Of a stretch of 32,000 nucleotides of DNA, positions 24,822 through 32,000 are shown one piece after another. The notes under the pieces are model-generated. The model saw only the letters and a program-made list of their open reading frames with translations, was not told the origin of the DNA and did not search any database. The DNA lies in contig NC_006138.1 in the NCBI RefSeq assembly GCF_000025945.1, positions 2,010,001 through 2,042,000 of the forward strand, written 5' to 3'. Every line of letters begins with the position of its first letter. Position 1 is the stretch's first letter. The position numbers and the translations under genes were made by a program. This stretch comes from Desulfotalea psychrophila LSv54. GTDB taxonomy: Bacteria > Desulfobacterota > Desulfobulbia > Desulfobulbales > Desulfocapsaceae.

Positions 24822-26159
24822 ATGAAAACCTTTTGTATAAAAAAAGGTCTTAATATTCCCATTAAAGGTGTTGCTGGGCCGCAAATACGGCAGGGAAAAG
24901 TTGTAGATAAAATAGCTTTGATTGCCGATGATTATGTTGGCCTGAGGCCAACTATGAAGGTTGAGGTTGGTGATAAGGTTATCTGCGGTCAACTTCTCTT
25001 TACCGATAAGCAAACGCCCGGTATTCGCTTCACCGCCCCGGCAGCAGGCACGATCAGCGCAATTAACAGGGGGGGGAAACGTAAATTTCTCTCTCTGGTG
25101 ATTGATCTCGCCAAGGATCTTGCCTGTACATTTCTTCACCCTGAAGATGTTTATACGTCTGAAAGTATTGGTGATATTCTTATTCAGTCTGGACTGTGGA
25201 CATGCTTTCGGACCCGGCCCTATGGCAAGATTCCCGGCATAGAGACAAGCCCCCATTCACTTTTTATTACGGCAAGTGATAGTGCACCTCTGGCTCCCTT
25301 GCCCCAGAGCATTATCGCTGAATACAGCGATGAGTATAGTGAGGGACTCAGGCAGCTTCGGGCATATTTCTCCTGTCCCATATATTACTGTACCAATCAG
25401 GAGGCGTTGCTCCCCGCCGAGGAACTGGAGGGGCTTGATTACAACTGTTTTCTGGGGCCTCATCCGGCAGGACTTGCCTCGACTCATATTCATTTTCTTG
25501 ACTCCGCCAGCGAAGATAAGACCGTCTGGAATATATCCTATCAGGATGTTATTTCCATTGGTTATCTCTTTCGTACGGGCCGCCTGATGACAGAGAGGAT
25601 CATTGCCATTACCGGTCCGTCAGCTCGTCAGCCCTCTCTTCTGCGCACCCATATAGGGGCCGATATTCATCAACTCTGCCGTGATGAGGGGTCAGGGGCC
25701 GGGGTGCGAACCATCTCCGGCTCTGTCCTTGCGGGCCGACAGGTAACAGATGAAGAACACTTTTTAGGCCGTTACCACAATCAAATATGTATGCTCGAGG
25801 AGAGTGCGGACAGATCACCTTTTAATTGGGCAATGCCGGGTAGAGATAAATTTTCCGCTCGGCCCATTTTCGCCTCCCTCTTCTCTAAGGGCAAGACGTT
25901 TTCAATGAAGACAGCACTCTATGGAGGTTTTCGGGCAATTTATCCTCTGGGCAGCCATGAGCAGGTCATGCCTCTTGATATCCTGGCGACCCCATTTTTG
26001 CAGGCCATATCAAATCATAATACCAGTAAGGCAAAGGATCTCGGTTGTCTGGAACTGATAGAAGAAGATCTAGCGCTCTGTAGCTTTGTTTGCCCGGGAA
26101 AAAACGAATTTGCTAGTGTTCTTCGTGGCGTATTGGCTAGCATAGAACAGGGCGATTAA
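24822..26159 (+). CDS. nqrA: Na+-translocating NADH:quinone oxidoreductase subunit A
   Basis: 445 aa. The N-terminus IKKGLNIPIKG is typical of NqrA, and this is the first gene of a colinear nqrABCDEF set. No Shine-Dalgarno sequence lies near the ATG. Confidence 0.88.
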   Translation: MKTFCIKKGLNIPIKGVAGPQIRQGKVVDKIALIADDYVGLRPTMKVEVGDKVICGQLLFTDKQTPGIRFTAPAAGTISAINRGGKRKFLSLVIDLAKDLACTFLHPEDVYTSESIGDILIQSGLWTCFRTRPYGKIPGIETSPHSLFITASDSAPLAPLPQSIIAEYSDEYSEGLRQLRAYFSCPIYYCTNQEALLPAEELEGLDYNCFLGPHPAGLASTHIHFLDSASEDKTVWNISYQDVISIGYLFRTGRLMTERIIAITGPSARQPSLLRTHIGADIHQLCRDEGSGAGVRTISGSVLAGRQVTDEEHFLGRYHNQICMLEESADRSPFNWAMPGRDKFSARPIFASLFSKGKTFSMKTALYGGFRAIYPLGSHEQVMPLDILATPFLQAISNHNTSKAKDLGCLELIEEDLALCSFVCPGKNEFASVLRGVLASIEQGD

Positions 26160-26198
26160 GGACTTAGGATAAATCATATAACTGAGATAGAGGAAGAG

Positions 26199-27398
26199 AT
26201 GAGCGTCTTAAATACCTTGTTAAGAAAGATCGAGCACCTTTTTACGGAAGGGGGCAAAGGCCGTTGGTATCCACTCTATGATGCCTTCGATACCTTCCTC
26301 TTTGGTAGCAATCTTACGACAAAAACTGCTCCTCACGTGCGAGATGCCATAGATTTTAAAAGGATAATGACGATTGTCATTATTGCCCTCATTCCCTGTA
26401 CCCTGATGGGTATTTGGAACACAGGTTATCAGGCAAATATTATTATCCATCTACAGCCGGGTGCCGAGTTAGGTGGTTGGCGAAGCCAAATCATGGCTCA
26501 GGTCGGTATTGATCCCCGCAGTTTTTTTTCAAACTTTATCCATGGCGCCCTCTATTTCCTGCCCATTTATCTTGTTACCCTTATTGTAGGCTCCTTTTGG
26601 GAGGGGCTCTTTAATTTGATTCGCGGTCATGAATTTTCCGAGGCATTTTTGGTCACCAGTCTCCTCTTTGCCCTTATTCTTCCTCCAAATATTCCACTCT
26701 GGCAGGTGGCCGTTGGCATTAGCTTTGGGGTGGTTTTTGTTAAGGAGGCCTTTGGAGGAGTGGGACGCAATTTTATGAATCCCGCCCTGGCAGCCCGGGC
26801 ATTTCTCTTTTTTGCCTACCCAGGGCAGATCACCAGTGACAAGGTCTGGACAGCCGTTGACAGTGTCAGTAGCGCTACTCCTCTTTCTCAAATTGCCTCC
26901 AGCACTGGAGATTTCTCATCCCTTGCCATCAGTTGGCAGGACGCCTTTTATGGCATGATCCCCGGCTGTATTGGCGAAACATCTGCCTTGGCCTGTCTCA
27001 TTGGTGCTGCCATTCTTCTGCTGACCCGGATAGCCTCCTGGCGAATTATGCTCTCCATGACCCTTGGCGCTCTTATTTGCTCCAGCTTTTTTTGGTTCTT
27101 CTTGAGTGGCGACAGGCCAATTTATGGTATCCCACCATACTATCATCTGGTATTTGGCGGTTTTGCCTTTGGTCTGGTTTTTATGGCAACGGATCCTGTG
27201 TCGGCTGCCCATACGCAGGTGGGGCAGTGGCTCTACGGTCTCTTTGTCGGCTTTTTGGTCATCCTTATTCGGGTCCAGAATCCCGCATATCCGGAAGGGG
27301 TCATGTTTGCCATTCTTCTCGGTAATGTCTTTGCCCCACTCTTTGATTACTTTGTCATAGAGGCCAACATAAAGAGGAGGAAGCTACGCCATGTTTGA
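26199..27398 (+). CDS. nqrB: Na+-NQR subunit B
   Basis: 399 aa and polytopic. It has the typical N-terminal YPLYDAFDTFLF motif, an FMN-attachment-type motif SSAT (VSSATPL) and MATDPVS. Confidence 0.93.
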   Translation: MSVLNTLLRKIEHLFTEGGKGRWYPLYDAFDTFLFGSNLTTKTAPHVRDAIDFKRIMTIVIIALIPCTLMGIWNTGYQANIIIHLQPGAELGGWRSQIMAQVGIDPRSFFSNFIHGALYFLPIYLVTLIVGSFWEGLFNLIRGHEFSEAFLVTSLLFALILPPNIPLWQVAVGISFGVVFVKEAFGGVGRNFMNPALAARAFLFFAYPGQITSDKVWTAVDSVSSATPLSQIASSTGDFSSLAISWQDAFYGMIPGCIGETSALACLIGAAILLLTRIASWRIMLSMTLGALICSSFFWFFLSGDRPIYGIPPYYHLVFGGFAFGLVFMATDPVSAAHTQVGQWLYGLFVGFLVILIRVQNPAYPEGVMFAILLGNVFAPLFDYFVIEANIKRRKLRHV

Positions 27399-28167
27399 TA
27401 TTCGAGTGGCAAAACCCTTTTATTCAGCCTTGATTCTTGCCTTTGTCTGTTCGGCCCTGGTGGCTGCGGCAGCCGTTGGCCTGCGTCCCCTGCAGGAGGA
27501 GAATAAAAAAAATGATCAGCAAAAAAACGTTCTCTATGCAGCCGGCATATACGATAAAACCAAGTCCGTTGACCAAATGTTTACGGCAGTCACTCCCCGT
27601 CTTGTCGACTTGAAAACAGGGGCCTATATTGCCAGCGATGTTATGACCCCGGAGGAGTACAATCAGGATGAGGCCAGAAGCAATGAGAGGACAAGCAGGC
27701 TCCTGCCTTCTGATGAGGATATTGCCAGATTGAATAGACAGGAAAACATTTCCCTGGTTTATCTGGTGAAAAAAGAGGGGGTACTCAGTCAGATCATCCT
27801 GCCCGTACGGGGTAAGGGGCTGTGGTCAACCATGTTTGCCTATGTGGCAATCAGTTCTGATCTTAATACCATTACCGGGGTCTCATTTTACCAGCACGGG
27901 GAGACTCCCGGCCTTGGTGGTGAGATAACCAATCCACGTTGGTTGGCAAAATGGCAGGGGAAAAAAATCTATGACCAAGAGGGGGCTACGGTCTTTCGCA
28001 TTGCCAAGGGCAGGGCTCAGGGTAAAAATATTGCCTATCGGGTAGACGGACTTTCCGGGGCGACATTTACTGCCCGGGGTGTCAGTGATCTTATGCTCTT
28101 TTGGTTTGGCAATGATGGCTTCAAACCCTATTTGAGCCGATTGGAGAGGGAGAAATATAATGGCTGA
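27391..28167 (+). CDS. nqrC: Na+-NQR subunit C
   Basis: 258 aa. It has one N-terminal TM helix, [11 protein letters not shown] and the flavinylation motif (D)GLSGAT. It overlaps nqrB by 8 nt. Confidence 0.93.
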   Translation: MFDIRVAKPFYSALILAFVCSALVAAAAVGLRPLQEENKKNDQQKNVLYAAGIYDKTKSVDQMFTAVTPRLVDLKTGAYIASDVMTPEEYNQDEARSNERTSRLLPSDEDIARLNRQENISLVYLVKKEGVLSQIILPVRGKGLWSTMFAYVAISSDLNTITGVSFYQHGETPGLGGEITNPRWLAKWQGKKIYDQEGATVFRIAKGRAQGKNIAYRVDGLSGATFTARGVSDLMLFWFGNDGFKPYLSRLEREKYNG

Positions 28168-28783
28168 TACTAATAGAGAACTGCTACTACGCTCCATTTT
28201 TAAGCGTAATCCTATCGCCCTTCTGGTTCTGGGGGTCTGTTCGGCCCTTGCCGTCACCGGGCAGATGACGACGGCTCTTGTCATGGCTGTTTGTGTTACT
28301 CTGGTGGTGGCTTTTTCCAGTCTTATCATAAGTCTGGTCCGTTTTCAAATTCCCAATAGCGTCCGTATTGGCATCCAGATAACCGTTATCGCCACCCTGG
28401 TTATTCTGGTGGATCAGTTTCTTAAGGCATTTTACTATGATCTCTCCAAACAGCTCTCCATCTATGTGGGTCTGATTATTACCAACTGTATTGTTATGGG
28501 CCGGGCCGAGGGCTATGCCATGCATAATCCCCCTATAGCAAGTTTTGTCGATGGTATTGGTAATGGGCTTGGTTATGGATTTATTCTCATGTCCGTGGCA
28601 TTTTTTCGTGAGCTCCTTGGCTCGGGTAGCCTCTTCGGGATCACTGTCTTACCACTCACCACCGACGGTGGCTGGTATCAGAGAAATGGTTTATTGGTGC
28701 TACCGGCCAGTGCCTTTTTTCTTATTGCCCTGCTGATCTGGTTGTTTAGAACCATTGATCCCAGCCAACAGGAGAAAGAGTAA
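28160..28783 (+). CDS. nqrD: Na+-NQR subunit D
   Basis: 207 aa and polytopic. The conserved Cys contexts [10 protein letters not shown] and [11 protein letters not shown] are present. It overlaps nqrC by 8 nt. Confidence 0.93.
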   Translation: MADTNRELLLRSIFKRNPIALLVLGVCSALAVTGQMTTALVMAVCVTLVVAFSSLIISLVRFQIPNSVRIGIQITVIATLVILVDQFLKAFYYDLSKQLSIYVGLIITNCIVMGRAEGYAMHNPPIASFVDGIGNGLGYGFILMSVAFFRELLGSGSLFGITVLPLTTDGGWYQRNGLLVLPASAFFLIALLIWLFRTIDPSQQEKE

Positions 28784-29391
28784 TGGCCCACTATCTTGAT
28801 ATTATCGTCCGCGCTATATTCATAGAGAACCTGCCTCTTAGTTTTTTTCTGGGTATGTGTACCTTTCTTGCCATCTCTAAGCAGGTGAAGACAGCCATGG
28901 GGCTGGGCTTTGCCGTCTTGGTTCTGCAGATTATAACCGTGCCCATTAACAATCTCCTGCTTACCCATGTTCTCAAGCCGGGGGCCCTGGCATGGCTTGG
29001 TCAGCCCGATCTTGACCTGCGCTTTCTTGGTTTGCTCACCTATATCTCTATTATTGCCGCCGTGGTGCAGGTACTGGAAATGGTCCTGGACCGTTTTATC
29101 CCCGCCCTTTACAACAGTCTTGGTATTTTTCTGCCCTTGCTCACCGTCAACTGTGCAATTTTGGGAGCAAGCCTCTTTATGGTGGAGAGAAACTATACTT
29201 TTGCCGAGAGTGCGGCCTATGGTGTCGGGGCCGGGGGAGGTTTTTTTCTGGCCGTGGTCTGTCTTGCCGGCATTCGGGAACGTCTTGAATATGCCAATCC
29301 TCCTGCTGGTCTGAAGGGGCTGGGCTTGACCTTTATTACTACAGGGCTCATTGCCATCGCCTTTATGGGCTTTGCCGGTATGGAAATATAA
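28783..29391 (+). CDS. nqrE: Na+-NQR subunit E
   Basis: 202 aa and polytopic. The conserved Cys contexts [10 protein letters not shown] and [10 protein letters not shown] are present. Its ATG overlaps the nqrD stop (TAATG). Confidence 0.93.
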   Translation: MAHYLDIIVRAIFIENLPLSFFLGMCTFLAISKQVKTAMGLGFAVLVLQIITVPINNLLLTHVLKPGALAWLGQPDLDLRFLGLLTYISIIAAVVQVLEMVLDRFIPALYNSLGIFLPLLTVNCAILGASLFMVERNYTFAESAAYGVGAGGGFFLAVVCLAGIRERLEYANPPAGLKGLGLTFITTGLIAIAFMGFAGMEI

Positions 29392-29411
29392 TAGCTGAAA
29401 GGTGTCTGCTT

Positions 29412-30632
29412 ATGAATGAAGTCTATTTTGCCATCCTCTGCTTCGTTGCCATTCAATTCATCCTGGTCGCACTCATTGTCCTGGCTAAAAAAACACTTTT
29501 GCCAAGTGGTGAGGTGCAAATAACCATTAACGAGACTAAGGAGTGTCGCGTTCCGGCTGGCGGTAAGCTCCTGACCAGCCTTGCCGACAATGGTATTATC
29601 CTCTCCTCGGCCTGTGGTGGGGCAGGAAGCTGTGGCCAGTGCCGGTGCATTGTAACCGAGGGCGGAGGTAGTATTTTTCTTACCGAGCGTTCGCTGATCA
29701 ATAACCGAGATGCCAATCGGGGTATGCGTCTCTCCTGTCAGGTGCCTGTTAAGAGGTCCATGCGGATCCTTGTCCCGCCTGAAATGCTTGAGGCGAAAAA
29801 GTGGCGCTGTAGGGTGGCATCGAACAGAAATGTGGCCACCTTTATTAAAGAAATGGTCCTTCAGCTTCCAGAGGGTGAGAGTGTTGACTTTAAGGCCGGT
29901 GGCTATATTCAGATTGAAATTCCTGCCCATAGCCTTGCCTATAAAGATTTTGATATTGATGAGCGTTTTCTGTCGGATTGGACAAAGTTTAAGATGTTTC
30001 AGTATAAGTCTCTGGTCGCAACTCCTGTCACCCGGGCCTATTCCATGGCCAACTATCCTGGGGAAAAGGGGATCATCAAGCTCAACGTCCGAATTGCCAC
30101 GCCCCCTCCCGGTGAGGTGGCCGCGCCTCCGGGTAAGTCATCCTCATATATATTTAATCTTCAGGAGGGGGATGAGGTAACCATCAGTGGCCCCTTTGGC
30201 GATTTTTTTATGGACGATAGTGATTCTGAGGTGCTTCTCATCGGTGGAGGTGCAGGAATGGCTCCACTGCGCAGCCATGTCTTTGATCTCTTTCAGGGCA
30301 AGCATACTGGGCGTAAGGTCTCTTTTTGGTATGGTGGTCGGAGTCTGCAGGAGGTGTTTTATCAGACAGAGTTGAACGCCCTTGCCAATGAATATGATAA
30401 TTTCACATATCATTTGGGGCTTTCTGATCCGCAAGAGGAGGACAACTGGACTGGGGAGGTCGGGTATATCCATCTCATCTTATATGAGAATTATCTCAAG
30501 GATCATCCTGCCCCTGAGGATATCAACTACTATCTCTGTGGTCCGCCAGTAATGAACAGGTCAGTACAGGAGATGCTTGATAATCTGGGTGTTGAGCGGA
30601 CAAATATTCACTTTGATGATTTTGGAGGGTAG
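29412..30632 (+). CDS. nqrF: Na+-NQR subunit F
   Basis: 406 aa. It has an N-terminal TM helix, 2Fe-2S ferredoxin cysteines ([12 protein letters not shown]...C), the FAD motif RAYSMAN and the NADH motif GGGAGMAP. Confidence 0.95.
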   Translation: MNEVYFAILCFVAIQFILVALIVLAKKTLLPSGEVQITINETKECRVPAGGKLLTSLADNGIILSSACGGAGSCGQCRCIVTEGGGSIFLTERSLINNRDANRGMRLSCQVPVKRSMRILVPPEMLEAKKWRCRVASNRNVATFIKEMVLQLPEGESVDFKAGGYIQIEIPAHSLAYKDFDIDERFLSDWTKFKMFQYKSLVATPVTRAYSMANYPGEKGIIKLNVRIATPPPGEVAAPPGKSSSYIFNLQEGDEVTISGPFGDFFMDDSDSEVLLIGGGAGMAPLRSHVFDLFQGKHTGRKVSFWYGGRSLQEVFYQTELNALANEYDNFTYHLGLSDPQEEDNWTGEVGYIHLILYENYLKDHPAPEDINYYLCGPPVMNRSVQEMLDNLGVERTNIHFDDFGG

Positions 30633-30806
30633 ATGATGGGGACATTTTTGCTTTTACTGCTCATTACATTTTGTCTCTTTCTCCTAGCGGCGGGCTTAGT
30701 TAATTTTTCTAAGCGCCGCCAGGAAAAGAGCAAGCTCAGCTGTCTCTGTGGTGGGGCGGGGGGCAATCATTGTTCAGACCGGAAAAAGTCGTGCAAGGAG
30801 CTTTAG
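30633..30806 (+). CDS. nqrM: Small membrane protein, NqrM-like (Na+-NQR maturation factor candidate); below ORF-track cutoff
   Basis: The 57-aa ORF starts immediately after the nqrF stop. A strong SD (GGAGGG, 30624-30629) lies 3 nt before the first ATG and 6 nt before the second. The translation is MMGTFLLLLLITFCLFLLAAGLVNFSKRRQEKSKLSCLCGGAGGNHCSDRKKSCKEL. It has one TM helix and a basic tail with four Cys (C37, C39, C47, C54), which is the general NqrM/DUF539 design. Confidence 0.6.
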   Translation: MMGTFLLLLLITFCLFLLAAGLVNFSKRRQEKSKLSCLCGGAGGNHCSDRKKSCKEL

Positions 30807-32000
30807 GTGGAGCTACCCGCCCTTTTCTTGCCCTGCTGGAAATGACGATGCTTGGCCAATATTTCCGTTAAGTGTACTACCTTAATCGTTGAACCCGCCG
30901 AGGCAACGGCACTGCGCCACTGCATCAGGCAGCCGGAGCAGGTGGTGGTGATGATATCAGGGTTAAGGGCCAGGACCTTATCTCTCAGATCGTCACGGAT
31001 AGCAGTGGATATTTTCATCGCCGCAAGGGAAAACAGGCCTCCCATGCCACAGCACTGGGGGCCATCTGCCAGTTCCACCAGCTCTATTCCGCTACATTCT
31101 TTGAGTAGCTTACGAGGTTCATCGACGATATTCAGCTCGTTGCGGAAATGACAGGGGTCGTGGTAAAATACCCGTAGATTCTTTTGTTCGTTTACTGCCT
31201 TCTCTTCGCTCTTTTTCTCGTCCTTTTTCAAGGTCTGCAAAAATTCAGTCAGCTCGACACAGCGTCCGCTGATCCGTTTGGCCCGTTCCTGCCATGCCTT
31301 CTCATCTGCGAAAACATTTTCCAGGGAGTGCAGTTGGAAGAAGCAGGAGGCGCAGCTGACCAGAATCGGTCCCTCTGTTTTTTCTAAGGCGATAATGTTT
31401 TTTTCTGCAAGCCTTCTTGCCCCGGCCAGATCTCCAGCAGAAAAGGCACTGAGCCCACAGCAGGAAAGTCCTGTCGGCACCTGAAGACTGTAGCCTAGGG
31501 TGGCAAAGAAACGACGGTGTTTCTCCAGCAGGGCAGGGGTGATATAGCTGGTAGCACAACCGGGAAAGTAAAGCAGTGGCTGGAGATCAGGGTCTGTAGG
31601 CAACGGGCAGGGGGCTGTCGCCTCCGACTCTTTACTGTCTGTCAGATGATCTTCACTTAACATGGCCAGACGCAGGCGTAGGCCACTCTCGGCAGGTAGT
31701 CCTTTGGCTAGTAATCTGTCAAGGTGCAGAGCAATCTTGCGTAGGTGGACAAGCATTTGAGGGCGTTCAAGCGCTTTGCCTGCCAAGTATTTTTTGTAGC
31801 CACCCGGTATTACAGTGATTTCACTACGTACCTGCCGGACATGGGCAAGGGTGTCGATTCCCCGAGGGCATACCTGCGAGCAAGCACCACAGAGCAGGCA
31901 TTTGGAGAATATATCTTTAACGTCGGCGCCCGAGGCATCTTCCCCTATTTTTTGCAGGTGTTGTCGGCCGCGGGAAGAGTAAAATTCTTTGCCACCACTT
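30803..32000 (-). CDS. (Fe-S)-binding oxidoreductase subunit, GlcF/HdrD-like (5' end outside window)
   Basis: The frame stays open upstream of the tracked TTG and runs to the window edge. My translation there is ...SSRGRQHLQKIGEDASGADVKDIFSKCLLCGACSQVCPRGIDTLAHVRQV..., a 4Fe-4S CxxCxxCxxxCP motif. Two CCG-type Cys-rich regions follow (LSCCGLSAF; HDPCHF...PQCCGMGG). Its stop codon overlaps the stop of the NqrM-like ORF. Confidence 0.8.
   Translation of the reverse strand, partial: SGGKEFYSSRGRQHLQKIGEDASGADVKDIFSKCLLCGACSQVCPRGIDTLAHVRQVRSEITVIPGGYKKYLAGKALERPQMLVHLRKIALHLDRLLAKGLPAESGLRLRLAMLSEDHLTDSKESEATAPCPLPTDPDLQPLLYFPGCATSYITPALLEKHRRFFATLGYSLQVPTGLSCCGLSAFSAGDLAGARRLAEKNIIALEKTEGPILVSCASCFFQLHSLENVFADEKAWQERAKRISGRCVELTEFLQTLKKDEKKSEEKAVNEQKNLRVFYHDPCHFRNELNIVDEPRKLLKECSGIELVELADGPQCCGMGGLFSLAAMKISTAIRDDLRDKVLALNPDIITTTCSGCLMQWRSAVASAGSTIKVVHLTEILAKHRHFQQGKKRAGSST

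Noticed and set aside
24785-24853. A 22-aa upstream ORF (MEQTNLSPWYIFYENLLYKKRS) overlapping the nqrA start, with GGGAGG next to its ATG.
   Set aside because: The SD abuts the ATG with zero spacing, which is not compatible with normal initiation. The peptide has no recognisable leader-peptide features. It is kept only as context for the nqrA leader finding.

Overview
This is a 32 kb chromosomal segment with mid-40s %GC by eye. Its gene content looks like a Desulfobacterota (deltaproteobacterial) genome, but that is a guess from gene families, not a search result. I found no rRNA, CRISPR array, transposase, integrase or phage genes.

Gene order, left to right:
- **1-5024 (minus):** a Lol/MacB-like export cluster. 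It encodes a predicted secreted or outer-membrane protein, an ABC ATPase, two FtsX-type permeases and a LolA-like protein that is cut by the window edge.
- **5278-14548 (minus):** a signalling island. It holds a 7TM receptor ending in a Cys4 'IRDDRGYW...FSHGICPxC' module, a bacteriohemerythrin and a secreted EF-hand protein. These are followed by a tightly packed four-gene module: a giant hybrid histidine kinase, CheR, a receiver-less CheB and a REC-GGDEF regulator.
- **14794-20642 (minus):** tRNA-Phe, an extremely acidic zinc-ribbon protein with an in-frame 12-bp tandem repeat, nadC, valS and a dGTPase-like HD protein.
- **20875-23905 (plus):** tpx, eno and a frameshifted TSUP/YfcA-type permease.
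- **23914-24495 (minus):** a response regulator with a divergent Cys4 tail.
- **24822-30806 (plus):** a complete nqrABCDEF operon followed by an untracked 57-aa NqrM-like ORF.
- **30803 to the window end (minus):** a partial GlcF/HdrD-like Fe-S protein.

The most interesting candidates are:
- The HK-CheR-CheB-diguanylate cyclase module. It has no MCP, CheA or CheW, and the kinase coiled coil carries a duplicated 28-aa 'ELQAQQEELRxxNEEL' segment that could be the methylation substrate.
- The Cys4 module used as the only output domain of two different sensor proteins.
- The acidic zinc-ribbon protein.

All domain assignments come from reading motifs by eye. No database search was run.
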